Positions 48,901 through 63,900 of a DNA stretch of 64,000 nucleotides are shown one piece after another (position 1 is the stretch's first letter; each line of letters opens with the position of its first letter). Source of the DNA: Antedon mediterranea (taxonomy: Eukaryota; Animalia; Echinodermata); NCBI RefSeq assembly GCF_964355755.1, contig NC_092680.1, positions 11,160,001-11,224,000 on the forward strand, given 5' to 3'. The translations under genes were made by a program, and so were the position numbers. The notes below the pieces were generated by a model. It worked only from the letters and a program-made list of their open reading frames with translations. It searched no databases and was not told the DNA's origin.

Positions 48901-51900
48901 AATGCGATTTGAAGCTATTCTGTACACTTTGATGTTTTGTGTGAAAAAGTTTTGTCGAAATGCTCAAAATGGTCTAAAACATTTTTAAATACGATATTAA
49001 GCTATTTTGTGATCTTTGATGTTTTTGTGTGAAAAGTTTTATCGAAATGCTCAAAATGGTCTAAAACGGTTTCTATTGTGATTTTAAGCACTTTGATGAT
49101 TTTGTGTAACCAAGTTTTATCGAAATGTACAAAATGGTCTAAAACGTCTCCAAATGCGATTTGAAGCTATTCTAAGTACTTTTGTGTTTTTATGTTAACA
49201 AGTTTTTTCGAAAATCACAAAATGGTCTAAAACGTCTTCAAATGCGATTTGAAGCTATTCTGTACACTTTGATGTTTTGTGTGAAAAAGTTTTGTCAAAA
49301 TGCTCAAAATGGTCTAAAACGTTTTTAAAACGATATTAAGCTATTTTGTGCTCTTTGATGTTTTTGTGTAACCAAGTTTCATCGAAAATCACAACATGGT
49401 ATAAAACGTCTCCAAATGCGATTTGAAGCTTTTCTAAGCACTTTGGTGTTTTTATGTTAACAAGTTTTTTCGAAAATCACAAAATGGTCTAAAACGTCTC
49501 CAAATGCGATTTGAAGCTTTTCTAAGCACTTTGGTGTTTTTTTGTTAACAAGTTTTTTCAAAAATCTTGAAATGGTCTAAAATGTCTCCAAATGCGATTT
49601 GAAGATATTCTGAGCACTTTGGTGTTTTTATGTTAAAAAGTTTTTTCGAAAATCACAAAATGGTCTAAAACGTCTCCAAATGCGATTTGAAGCTCTTCTG
49701 TACACTTTGATGTTTTGTGTGAAAAAGATTTGTCGATATGCTCAAAATGGTCTAAAACGTTTTTAAATACGATATTAAGCTGTTTTGTGCACTTTAATGA
49801 TTTGTGTGAAAAGTTTTACGAAATGCTCAAAATGGTCTAAAACGGTTTCTAATGTGATTTTAAGCACTTTGATGTTTTTGTGTAACCAAGTTTTTTCGAA
49901 AATCACAAAATGGTCTAAAACGTCTCCAAATGCGATTTCAAGCTTTTCTAAGCACTTTGGTGTTTTTATGTTAACAAGTTTTTTCGAAAATCACAAAATG
50001 GTCTAAAACGTCTCCAAATGCGATTTGAGGATATTCTGAGCACTTTGGTGTTTTTATGTTATAAAGTTTTTTCGAAAATCACAAAATGGTCTAAAACGTC
50101 TCCAAATGCGATTTGAAGCTATTCTGTACACTTTGATGTTTTGTGTGAAAAAGTTTTGTCGAAATGCTCAAAATGGTCTAAAACGTTTTTAAAACGATAT
50201 TAAGCTATTTTGTGCTCTTTGATGTTTTTGTGTAACCAAGTTTCATCGAAATCAACAAAATGGTCTAATACGTCTCCAAATGCGATTTGAAGTTTTTCCA
50301 AGCACTTTGCTGTTTTTATGTTAACAAGTTTTTTCGAAAATCACAAAATGGTCTAAAACGTCTTCAAATGCGATTTGAAGCTATTCTGTACACTTTGATG
50401 TTTTGTGTGAAAAAGTTTTGTCGAAATGCTCAAAATGGTCTAAAACGTTTTTAAATACGATATAAAGCTATTTTGTGATCTTTGATGTTTTTGTGTGAAA
50501 AGTTTTATCGAAATGCTCAAAATGGTCTAAAACGGTTTCTAATGCGATTTGAAGCTATTCTGTACCCTTTGAAGTTTTTTGTGAAAAAGTTTTCTCGAAA
50601 TGCTCAAAATGGTCTAAAAAGTTTTTATATACCATATTAAGCTATTTTGTGCACTTTGATGTTTTTTGTGAAAAGTTTTATCGAAATGCTCAAAATGGTC
50701 TAAAACGGTTTCTATTGGGATTTTAAGCACTTTGATGATTTTGTGTAACCAAGTTTCATCGAAATGTACAAAATGGTCTAAAACGTCTCCAAATGCGATT
50801 TGAAGCTATTCTAAGTACTTTTGTGTTTTTATGTTAACAAGTTTTTTCGAAAATCACAAAATGGTCTAAAACGTCTTCAAATGCGATTTGAAGCTATTCT
50901 GTAACACTTTTATGTTTTGTGTGAAAAAGTTTTGTCGAAATTCTCAAAATGGTCTAAAACGTTTTTAAATACGATATTAAGCTGTTTTGTGCACTTTGAT
51001 GATTTGTGTGAAAAGTTTTAACGAAATGCTCAAAATGGTCAAAAACGGTTTCTAATGTGATTTTAAGCACTTTGATGTTTTTGTGTAACCAAGTTTTTTC
51101 AAAAATCACAAAATGGTCTAAAACGTCTCCAAATGCGATTTGAAGCTTTTCTAAGCACTTTGGTGTTTTTATGTTAACAAGTTTTTTCGAAAATCACAAA
51201 ATGGTCTAAAACGTCTCCAAATGCGATTTGAAGATATTCTGAGCACTTTGGTTTTTTTATGTTAAAAAGTTTTTTCGAAAATCACAAAATAGTCTAAAAC
51301 GTCTCCAAATGCGATTTGAAGCTATTCTGTACACTTTGATGTTTTGTGTGAAAAAGTTTTGTCGAAATGCTCAAAATGGTCTAAAACGTTTTTAAAATGA
51401 TATTAAGCTATTTTGTGCTCTTTGATGTTTTTGTGTAACCAAGTTTCATCGAAAATCACAAAAAGGTCTAAAACGTCTCAAAATGCGATTTGAAGCTTTT
51501 CTAAGCACTTTGGTGTTTTTATGTTAACAAGTTTTTTCGAAAATCACGAAATGGTCTAAAATGTCTCCAAATGCGATTTGAAGATATTCTGAGCACTTTG
51601 GTGTTTTTATGTTAAAAAGTTTTATCGAAAATCACAAAATGGTCTAAAACGTCTCCAAATGCGATTTGAAGCTCTTCTGTACACTTTGATGTTTTGTGTG
51701 AAAAAGTTTTGTCGAAATGCTCAAAATGGTCTAAAACGTTTTTAAATACGATATTAAGCTGTTTTGTGCACTTTGATGATTTGTGTGAAAAGTTTTAACG
51801 AAATGCTCAAAATGGTCTAAAACGGTTTCTAATGTGATTTTAAGCACTTTGATGTTTTTGTGTAACCAAGTTTTATCGAAAATCACAAAATAGTCTAAAA

Positions 51901-54900
51901 CGTCTCCAAATGCGATTTGAAGCTTTTCTAAGCACTTTGGTGTTTTTATGTTAACAAGTTTTTTCGAAAATCACAAAATGGTCTAAAACGACTCCAAATG
52001 CGATTTGAAGCTATTCTGTACACTTTGATGTTTTGTGTGAAAAAGTTTTGTCGAAATGCTCAAAATGGTCTAAAACATTTTTAAATACGATATTAAGCTA
52101 TTTTGTGATCTTTGATGTTTTTGTGTGAAAAGTTTTATCCAAATGCTCAAAATGGTCTAAAACGGTTTCTATTGTGATTTTAAGCACTTTGATGATTTTG
52201 TGTAACCAAGTTTCATCGAAATGTACAAAATGGTCTAAAACGTCTCCAAATGCGATTTGAAGCTATTCTAAGTACTTTTGTGTTTTTATGTTAACAAGTT
52301 TTTTCGAAAATCACAAAATGGTCTAAAACGTCTTCAAATGCGATTTGAAGCTATTCTGTACACTTTGATGTTTTGTGTGAAAAAGTTTTGTCAAAATGCT
52401 CAAAATGGTCTAAAACGTTTTTAAAACGATATTTAGCTATTTTGTGCTCTTTGATGTTTTTGTGTAACCAAGTTTCATCGAAAATCACAACATGGTCTAA
52501 AACGTCTCCAAATGCGATTTGAAGCTTTTCTAAGCACTTTGGTGTTTTTATGTTAACAAGTTTTTTCGAAAATCACAAAATGGTCTAAAACGTCTTCAAA
52601 TGCGATTTGAAGCTATTCTGTACACTTTGATGTTTTGTGTGAAAAAGATTTGTCGATATGCTCAAAATGGTCTAAAACGTTTTTAAATACGATATTAAGC
52701 TGTTTTGTGCACTTTAATGATTTGTGTGAAAAGTTTTACGAAATGCTCAAAATGGTCTAAAACGGTTTCTAATGTGATTTTAAGCACTTTGATGTTTTTG
52801 TGTAACCAAGTTTTTTCGAAAATCACAAAATGGTCTAAAACGTCTCCAAATGCGATTTCAAGCTTTTCTAAGCACTTTGGTGTTTTTATGTTAACAAGTT
52901 TTTTCGAAAATCACAAAATGGTCTAAAACGTCTCCAAATGCGATTTGAGGATATTCTAAGCACTTTGGTGTTTTTATGTTAAAAAGTTTTTTCGAAAATC
53001 ACAAAATGGTCTAAAACGTCTCCAAATGCGATTTGAAGCTATTCTGTACACTTTGATGTTTTGTGTGAAAAAGTTTTGTCGAAATGCTCAAAATGGTCTA
53101 AAACGTTTTTAAAACGATATTAAGCTATTTTGTGCTCTTTGATGTTTTTGTGTAACCAAGTTTCATCGAAATCAACAAAATGGTCTAATACGTCTCCAAA
53201 TGCGATTTGAAGTTTTTCCAAGCACTTTGCTGTTTTTATGTTAACAAGTTTTTTCGAAAATCACAAAATGGTCTAAAACGTCTTCAAATGCGATTTGAAG
53301 CTATTCTGTACACTTTGATGTTTTGTGTGAAAAAGTTTTGTCGAAATGCTCAAAATGGTCTAAAACGTTTTTAAATACGATATAAAGCTATTTTGTGATC
53401 TTTGATGTTTTTGTGTGAAAAGTTTTATCGAAATGCTCAAAATGGTCTAAAACGTCTCCAAATGCGATTTGAAGCTCTTCTGTACACTTTGATGTTTTGT
53501 GTGAAAAAGTTTTGTCGAAATGCTCAAAATGGTCTAAAACGTTTTTAAATACGATATTAAGCTATTTTGTGATCTTTGATGTTTTTGTGTGAAAAGTTTT
53601 ATCGAAATGCTCAAAATGGTCTAAAACGGTTTCTATTGTGATTTTAAGCACTTTGATGATTTTGTGTAACCAAGTTTCATCGAAATGTACAAAATGGTCT
53701 AAAACGTCTCCAAATGCGATTTGAAGCTATTCTAAGTACTTTTGTGTTTTTATGTTAACAAGTTTTTTCGAAAATCACAAAATGGTCTAAAACGTCTTCA
53801 AATGCGATTTGAAGCTATTCTGTACACTTTGATGTTTTGTGTGAAAAAGATTTGTCGATATGCTCAAAATGGTCTAAAACGTTTTTAAATACGATATTAA
53901 GCTGTTTTGTGCACTTTAATGATTTGTGTGAAAAGTTTTACGAAATGCTCAAAATGGTCTAAAACGGTTTCTAATGTGATTTTAAGCACTTTGATGTTTT
54001 TGTGTAACCAAGTTTTTTCGAAAATCACAAAATGGTCTAAAACGTCTCCAAATGCGATTTCAAGCTTTTCTAAGCACTTTGGTGTTTTTATGTTAACAAG
54101 TTTTTTCGAAAATCACAAAATGGTCTAAAACGTCTCCAAATGCGATTTGAGGATATTCTAAGCACTTTGGTGTTTTTATGTTAAAAAGTTTTTTCGAAAA
54201 TCACAAAATGGTCTAAAACGTCTCCAAATGCGATTTGAAGCTATTCTGTACACTTTGATGTTTTGTGTGAAAAAGTTTTGTCGAAATGCTCAAAATGGTC
54301 TAAAACGTTTTTAAAACGATATTAAGCTATTTTGTGCTCTTTGATGTTTTTGTGTAACCAAGTTTCATCGAAATCAACAAAATGGTCTAATACGTCTCCA
54401 AATGCGATTTCTAGTTTTTCCAAGCACTTTGCTGTTTTTATGTTAACAAGTTTTTTCGAAAATCACAAAATGGTCTAAAACGTCTTCAAATGCGATTTGA
54501 AGCTATTCTGTACACTTTGATGTTGTTGTGTGAAAAAGTTTTGTCGAAATGCTCAAAATGGTCTAAAACGTTTTTAAATACGATATAAAGCTATTTTGTG
54601 ATCTTTGATGTTTTTGTGTGAAAAGTTTTATCGAAATGCTCAAAATGGTCTAAAACGGTTTCTAATGCGATTTGAAGCTATTCTGTACCCTTTGAAGTTT
54701 TTTGTGAAAAAGTTTTCTCGAAATGCTCAAAATGGTCTAAAAAGTTTTTATATACCATATTAAGCTATTTTGTGCACTTTGATGTTTTTTGTGAAAAGTT
54801 TTATCGAAATGCTCAAAATGGTCTAAAACGGTTTCTATTGGGATTTTAAGCACTTTGATGATTTTGTGTAACCAAGTTTCATCGAAATGTACAAAATGGT

Positions 54901-57900
54901 CTAAAACGTCTCCAAATGCGATTTGAAGCTATTCTAAGTACTTTTGTGTTTTTATGTTAACAAGTTTTTTCGAAAATCACAAAATGGTCTAAAACGTCTT
55001 CAAATGCGATTTGAAGCTATTCTGTACACTTTTATGTTTTGTGTGAAAAAGTTTTGTCGAAATTCTCAAAATGGTCTAAAACGTTTTTAAATACGATATT
55101 AAGCTGTTTTGTGCACTTTGATGATTTGTGTGAAAAGTTTTAACGAAATGCTCAAAATGGTCAAAAACGGTTTCTAATGTGATTTTAAGCACTTTGATGT
55201 TTTTGTGTAACCAAGTTTTTTCAAAAATCACAAAATGGTCTAAAACGTCTCCAAATGCGATTTGAAGCTTTTCTAAGCACTTTGGTGTTTTTATGTTAAC
55301 AAGTTTTTTCGAAAATCACAAAATGGTCTAAAACGTCTCCAAATGCGATTTGAAGATATTCTGAGCACTTTGGTGTTTTTATGTTAAAAAGTTTTTTCGA
55401 AAATCACAAAATAGTCTAAAACGTCTCCAAATGCGATTTGAAGCTATTCTGTACACTTTGATGTTTTGTGTGAAAAAGTTTTGTCGAAATGCTCAAAATG
55501 GTCTAAAACGTTTTTAAAACGATATTAAGCTATTTTGTGCTCTTTGATGTTTTTATGTAACCAAGTTTCATCGAAAATCACAAAATGGTCTAAAACGTCT
55601 CAAAATGCGATTTGAAGCTTTTCTAAGCACTTTGGTGTTTTTATGTTAACAAGTTTTTTCGAAAATCACGAAATGGTCTAAAATGTCTCCAAATGCGATT
55701 TGAAGATATTCTGAGCACTTTGGTGTTTTTATGTTAAAAAGTTTTTTCGAAAATCACAAAATGGTCTAAAACGTCTCCAAATGCGATTTGAAACTCTTCT
55801 GTACACTTTGATGTTTTGTGTGAAAAAGTTTTGTCGAAATGCTCAAAATGGTCTAAAACGTTTTTAAATACGATATTAAGCTGTTTTGTGCACTTTGATG
55901 ATTTGTGTGAAAAGTTTTAACGAAATGCTCAAAATGGTCTAAAACGGTTTCTAATGTGATTTTAAGCACTTTGATGTTTTTGTGTAACCAAGTTTTATCG
56001 AAAATCACAAAATAGTCTAAAACGTCTCCAAATGCGATTTGAAGCTTTTCTAAGCACTTTGGTGTTTTTATGTTAACAAGTTTTTTCGAAAATCACAAAA
56101 TGGTCTAAAACGTCTCCAAATGCGATTTGAGGATATTCTGAGCACTTTGGTGTTTTTTTGTTAAAAAGTTTTTTCGAAAATCACAAAATGGTCTAAAACG
56201 TCTCCAAATGCGATTTGAAGCTATTCTGTACACTTTGATGTTTTGTGTGAAAAAGTTTTGTCGAAATGCTCAAAATGGTCTAAAACATTTTTAAATACGA
56301 TATTAAGCTATTTTGTGATCTTTGATGTTTTTGTGTGAAAAGTTTTATCGAAATGCTCAAAATGGTCTAAAACGGTTTCTATTGTGATTTTAAGCACTTT
56401 GATGATTTTGTGTAACCAAGTTTCATCGAAATGTACAAAATGGTCTAAAACGTCTCCAAATGCGATTTGAAGCTATTCTGTACACTTTGATGTTTTGTGT
56501 GAAAAAGTTTTGTCAAAATGCTCAAAATGGTCCAAAACGTTTTTAAAACGATATTAAGCTATTTTGTGCTCTTTGATGTTTTTGTGTAACCAAGTTTCAT
56601 CGAAAATCACAACATGGTCTAAAACGTCTCCAAATGCGATTTGAAGCTTTTCTAAGCACTTTGGTGTTTTTATGTTAACAAGTTTTTTCGAAAATCACAA
56701 AATGGTCTAAAACGTCTCCAAATGCGATTTGAAGCTCTTCTGTACACTTTGATGTTTTGTTTGAAAAAGTTTTGTCGAAATTCTCAAAATGGTCTAAAAC
56801 GTTTTTAAATACGATATTAAGCTGTTTTGTGCACTTTGATGATTTGTGTGAAAAGTTTTAACGAAATGCTCAAAATGGTCTAAAACGGTTTCTAATGTGA
56901 TTTTAAGCACTTTGATGTTTTTGTGTAACCAAGTTTTTTCGAAAATCACAAAATAGTCTAAAACGTCTCCAAATGCGATTTGAAGCTATTCTGTACACTT
57001 TTATGTTTTGTGTGAAAAAGTTTTGTCGAAATGCTCAAAATGGTCTAAAACGTTTTAATATACCATATTAAGCTATTTTGTGCACTTTGATGTTTTTTGT
57101 GAAAAGTTTTATCGAAATCCTCAAAATGGTCTAAAACGGTTTCTATTGTGATTTTAAGCACTTTGATGATTTTGTGTAACCAAGTTTCATCGAAATGTAC
57201 AAAATGGTCTAAAACGTCTCCAAATGCGATTTGAAGCTATTCTAAGTACTTTTGTGTTTTTATGTTAACAAGTTTTTTTTTAAATCACAAAATGGTCTAA
57301 AACGTCTTCAAATGCGATTTGAAGCTATTCTGTACACTTTGATGTTTTGTGTGAAAAAGTTTTGTCGAAATGCTCAAAATGGTCTAAAACGTTTTTAAAT
57401 ACGATATTAAGCTATTTTGTGATCTTTGATGTTTTTGTGTGAAAAGTTTTATCGAAATGCTCAAAATGGTCTAAAACGGTTTCTATTGTGATTTTAAGCA
57501 CTTTGATGATTTTGTGTAACCAAGTTTCATCGAAATGTACAAAATGGTCTAAAACGTCTCCAAATGCGATTTGAAGCTATTCGAAGTACTTTTGTGTTTT
57601 TATGTTAACAAGTTTTTTCGAAAATCACAAAATGGTCTAAAACGTCTTCAAATGCGATTTGAAGCTATTCTGTACACTTTGATGTTTTGTGTGAAAAAGT
57701 TTTGTCGAAATGCTCAAAATGGTCTAAAACGTTTTTAAATACGATATTAAGCTATTTTGTGCTCTTTGATGTTTTTGTGTAACCAAGTTTCATCGAAAAT
57801 CACAAAATGGTCTAAAACGTCTTCAAATGCGATTTGAAGCTATTCTGTACACTTTGATGTTTTGTGTGAAAAAGTTTTGTCAAAATGCTCAAAATGGTCT

Positions 57901-60900
57901 AAAACGTTTTTAAAACGATATTAAGCTATTTTGTGCTCTTTGATGTTTTTGTGTAACCAAGTTTCATCGAAAATCACAAAATGGTCTAAAACGTCTCCAA
58001 ATGCGATTTGAAGCTTTTCTAAGCACTTTGGTGTTTTTATGTTAACAAGTTTTTTCGAAAATCACGAAATGGTCTAAAATGTCTCCAAATGCGATTTGAA
58101 GATATTCTGAGCACTCAGATGTTTTTGTGTGAAAAGTTTTATCGAAATGCTCAAAATGGTCTAAAACGGTTTCTAATGCGATTTGAAGCTATTCTGTACA
58201 CTTTGAAGTTTTTTGTGAAAAAGTTTTCTCGAAATGCTCAAAATGGTCTAAAACGTTTTTATATACCATATTAAGCTATTTTGTGCACTTTTATGTTTTG
58301 TGTGAAAAAGTTTTGTTGAAATTCTCAAAATGGTCTAAAACGTTTTTAAATACGATATTAAGCTGTTTTGTGCACTTTGATGATTTGTGTGAAAAGTTTT
58401 AACGAAATGCTCAAAATGGTCAAAAACGGTTTCTAATGTGATTTTAAGCACTTTGATGTTTTTGTGTAACCAAGTTTTTTCAAAAATCACAAAATGGTCT
58501 AAAACGTCTCCAAATGCGATTTGAAGCTTTTCTAAGCACTTTGGTGTTTTTATGTTAACAAGTTTTTTCGAAAATCACAAAATGGTCTAAAACGTCTCCA
58601 AATGCGATTTGAAGCTATTCTGTACACTTTGATGTTTTGTGTGAAAAAGTTTTGTCGAAATGCTCAAAATGGTCTAAAACATTTTTAAATACGATATTAA
58701 GCTATTTTGTGATCTTTGATGTTTTTGTGTGAAAAGTTTTATCGAAATGCTCAAAATGGTCTAAAACGGTTTCTATTGTGATTTTAAGCACTTTGATGAT
58801 TTTGTGTAACCAAGTTTCATCGAAATGTACAAAATGGTCTAAAACGTCTCCAAATGCGATTTGAAGCTATTCTAAGTACTTTTGTGTTTTTATGTTAACA
58901 AGTTTTTTCGAAAATCACAAAATGGTCTAAAACGTCTTCAAATGCGATTTGAAGCTATTCTGTACACTTTGATGTTTTGTGTGAAAAAGTTTTGTCAAAA
59001 TGCTCAAAATGGTCTAAAACGTTTTTAAAACGATATTAAGCTATTTTGTGCTCTTTGATGTTTTTGTGTAACCAAGTTTCATCGAAAATCACAACATGGT
59101 ATAAAACGTCTCCAAATGCGATTTGAAGCTTTTCTAAGCACTTTGGTGTTTTTATGTTAACAAGTTTTTTCGAAAATCACAAAATGGTCTAAAACGTCTC
59201 CAAATGCGATTTGAAGCTTTTCTAAGCACTTTGGTGTTTTTATGTTAACAAGTTTTTTCGAAAATCTTGAAATGGTCTAAAATGTCTCCAAATGCGATTT
59301 GAAGATATTCTGAGCACTTTGGTGTTTTTATGTTAAAAAGTTTTTTCGAAAATCACAAAATGGTCTAAAACGTCTCCAAATGCGATTTGAAGCTCTTCTG
59401 TACACTTTGATGTTTTGTGTGAAAAAGATTTGTCGATATGCTCAAAATGGTCTAAAACGTTTTTAAATACGATATTAAGCTGTTTTGTGCACTTTAATGA
59501 TTTGTGTGAAAAGTTTTACGAAATGCTCAAAATGGTCTAAAACGGTTTCTAATGTGATTTTAAGCACTTTGATGTTTTTGTGTAACCAAGTTTTTTCGAA
59601 AATCACAAAATGGTCTAAAACGTCTCCAAATGCGATTTCAAGCTTTTCTAAGCACTTTGGTGTTTTTATGTTAACAAGTTTTTTCGAAAATCACAAAATG
59701 GTCTAAAACGTCTCCAAATGCGATTTGAGGATATTCTGAGCACTTTGGTGTTTTTATGTTATAAAGTTTTTTCGAAAATCACAAAATGGTCTAAAACGTC
59801 TCCAAATGCGATTTGAAGCTATTCTGTACACTTTGATGTTTTGTGTGAAAAAGTTTTGTCGAAATGCTCAAAATGGTCTAAAACGTTTTTAAAACGATAT
59901 TAAGCTATTTTGTGCTCTTTGATGTTTTTGTGTAACCAAGTTTCATCGAAATCAACAAAATGGTCTAATACGTCTCCAAATGCGATTTGAAGTTTTTCCA
60001 AGCACTTTGCTGTTTTTATGTTAACAAGTTTTTTCGAAAATCACAAAATGGTCTAAAACGTCTTCAAATGCGATTTGAAGCTATTCTGTACACTTTGATG
60101 TTTTGTGTGAAAAAGTTTTGTCGAAATGCTCAAAATGGTCTAAAACGTTTTTAAATACGATATAAAGCTATTTTGTGATCTTTGATGTTTTTGTGTGAAA
60201 AGTTTTATCGAAATGCTCAAAATGGTCTAAAACGGTTTCTAATGCGATTTGAAGCTATTCTGTACCCTTTGAAGTTTTTTGTGAAAAAGTTTTCTCGAAA
60301 TGCTCAAAATGGTCTAAAAAGTTTTTATATACCATATTAAGCTATTTTGTGCACTTTGATGTTTTTTGTGAAAAGTTTTATCGAAATGCTCAAAATGGTC
60401 TAAAACGGTTTCTATTGGGATTTTAAGCACTTTGATGATTTTGTGTAACCAAGTTTCATCGAAATGTACAAAATGGTCTAAAACGTCTCCAAATGCGATT
60501 TGAAGCTATTCTAAGTACTTTTGTGTTTTTATGTTAACAAGTTTTTTTTTAAATCACAAAATGGTCTAAAACGTCTTCAAATGCGATTTGAAGCTATTCT
60601 GTACACTTTGATGTTTTGTGTGAAAAGGTTTTGTCGAAATGCTCAAAATGGTCTAAAACGTTTTTAAATACGATATTAAGCTATTTTGTGATCTTTGATG
60701 TTTTTGTGTGAAAAGTTTTATCGAAATGCTCAAAATGGTCTAAAACGGTTTCTATTGTGATTTTAAGCACTTTGATGATTTTGTGTAACCAAGTTTCATC
60801 GAAATGTACAAAATGGTCTAAAACGTCTCCAAATGCGATTTGAAGCTATTCTAAGTACTTTTGTGTTTTGTGTGAAAAAGTTTTGTCGAAATGCTCAAAA

Positions 60901-63900
60901 TGGTCAAAAATGGTTTCTAATGTGATTTTAAGCACAAGCACTTTGGTGTTTTTATGTTAACAAGTTTTTTCGAAAATCACAAAATGGTCTAAAACGTCTC
61001 CAAATGCGATTTGAAGATATTCTGAGCACTTTGGTGTTTTTATGTTAAAAAGTTTTTTCGAAAATCACAAAATGGTCTAAAACGTCTCAAAATGCGATTT
61101 GAAGCTAATCTGTACACTTTGATGTTTTGTGTGAAAAAGTTTTGTCGAAATGCTCAAAATGGTCTAAAACGTTTTTAAATACGATATTAAGCTATTTTGT
61201 GCTCTTTGATGTTTTTGTGTAACCAAGTTTCATCGAAAATCACAAAATGGTCTAAAACGTCTTCAAATGCGATTTGAAGCTATTCTGTACACTTTGATGT
61301 TTTGTGTGAAAAAGTTTTGTCAAAATGCTCAAAATGGTCTAAAACGTTTTTAAAACGATATTAAGCTATTTTGTGCTCTTTGATGTTTTTGTGTAACCAA
61401 GTTTCATCGAAAATCACAAAATGGTCTAAAACGTCTCCAAATGCGATTTGAAGCTTTTCTAAGCACTTTGGTGTTTTTATGTTAACAAGTTTTTTCGAAA
61501 ATCACGAAATGGTCTAAAATGTCTCCAAATGCGATTTGAAGATATTCTGAGCACTTAGATGTTTTTGTGTGAAAAGTTTTATCGAAATGCTCAAAATGGT
61601 CTAAAACGGTTTCTAATGCGATTTGAAGCTATTCTGTACACTTTGAAGTTTTTTGTGAAAAAGTTTTCTCGAAATGCTCAAAATGGTCTAAAACGTTTTT
61701 ATATACCATATTAAGCTATTTTGTGCACTTTTATGTTTTGTGTGAAAAAGTTTTGTCGAAATTCTCAAAATGGTCTAAAACGTTTTTAAATACGATATTA
61801 AGCTGTTTTGTGCACTTTGATGATTTGTGTGAAAAGTTTTAACGAAATGCTCAAAATGGTCAAAAACGGTTTCTAATGTGATTTTAAGCACTTTGATGTT
61901 TTTGTGTAACCAAGTTTTTTCAAAAATCACAAAATGGTCTAAAACGTCTCCAAATGCGATTTGAAGCTTTTCTAAGCACTTTGGTGTTTTTATGTTTACA
62001 ATTTTTTTCGAAAATCACAAAATGGTCTAAAACGTCTCCAAATGCGATTTGAAGCTATTCTGTACACTTTGATGTTTTGTGTGAAAAAGTTTTGTCGAAA
62101 TGCTCAAAATGGTCTAAAACATTTTTAAATACGATATTAAGCTATTTTGTGATCTTTGATGTTTTTGTGTGAAAAGTTTTATCGAAATGCTCAAAATGGT
62201 CTAAAACGGTTTCTATTGTGATTTTAAGCACTTTGATGATTTTGTGTAACCAAGTTTTATCGAAATGTACAAAATGGTCTAAAACGTCTCCAAATGCGAT
62301 TTGAAGCTATTCTAAGTACTTTTGTGTTTTTATGTTAACAAGTTTTTTCGAAAATCACAAAATGGTCTAAAACGTCTTCAAATGCGATTTGAAGCTATTC
62401 TGTACACTTTGATGTTTTGTGTGAAAAAGTTTTGTCAAAATGCTCAAAATGGTCTAAAACGTTTTTAAAACGATATTAAGCTATTTTGTGCTCTTTGATG
62501 TTTTTGTGTAACCAAGTTTCATCGAAAATCACAACATGGTATAAAACGTCTCCAAATGCGATTTGAAGCTTTTCTAAGCACTTTGGTGTTTTTATGTTAA
62601 CAAGTTTTTTCGAAAATCACAAAATGGTCTAAAACGTCTCCAAATGCGATTTGAAGCTTTTCTAAGCACTTTGGTGTTTTTTTGTTAACAAGTTTTTTCA
62701 AAAATCTTGAAATGGTCTAAAATGTCTCCAAATGCGATTTGAAGATATTCTGAGCACTTTGGTGTTTTTATGTTAAAAAGTTTTTTCGAAAATCACAAAA
62801 TGGTCTAAAACGTCTCCAAATGCGATTTGAAGCTCTTCTGTACACTTTGATGTTTTGTGTGAAAAAGATTTGTCGATATGCTCAAAATGGTCTAAAACGT
62901 TTTTAAATACGATATTAAGCTGTTTTGTGCACTTTAATGATTTGTGTGAAAAGTTTTACGAAATGCTCAAAATGGTCTAAAACGGTTTCTAATGTGATTT
63001 TAAGCACTTTGATGTTTTTGTGTAACCAAGTTTTTTCGAAAATCACAAAATGGTCTAAAACGTCTCCAAATGCGATTTCAAGCTTTTCTAAGCACTTTGG
63101 TGTTTTTATGTTAACAAGTTTTTTCGAAAATCACAAAATGGTCTAAAACGTCTCCAAATGCGATTTGAGGATATTCTGAGCACTTTGGTGTTTTTATGTT
63201 ATAAAGTTTTTTCGAAAATCACAAAATGGTCTAAAACGTCTCCAAATGCGACTTGAAGCTATTCTGTACACTTTGATGTTTTGTGTGAAAAAGTTTTGTC
63301 GAAATGCTCAAAATGGTCTAAAACGTTTTTAAAACGATATTAAGCTATTTTGTGCTCTTTGATGTTTTTGTGTAACCAAGTTTCATCGAAATCAACAAAA
63401 TGGTCTAATACGTCTCCAAATGCGATTTGAAGTTTTTCCAAGCACTTTGCTGTTTTTATGTTAACAAGTTTTTTCGAAAATCACAAAATGGTCTAAAACG
63501 TCTTCAAATGCGATTTGAAGCTATTCTGTACACTTTGATGTTTTGTGTGAAAAAGTTTTGTCGAAATGCTCAAAATGGTCTAAAACGTTTTTAAATACGA
63601 TATAAAGCTATTTTGTGATCTTTGATGTTTTTGTGTGAAAAGTTTTATCGAAATGCTCAAAATGGTCTAAAACGGTTTCTAATGCGATTTGAAGCTATTC
63701 TGTACCCTTTGAAGTTTTTTGTGAAAAAGTTTTCTCGAAATGCTCAAAATGGTCTAAAAAGTTTTTATATACCATATTAAGCTATTTTGTGCACTTTGAT
63801 GTTTTTTGTGAAAAGTTTTATCGAAATGCTCAAAATGGTCTAAAACGGTTTCTATTGGGATTTTAAGCACTTTGATGATTTTGTGTAACCAAGTTTCATC

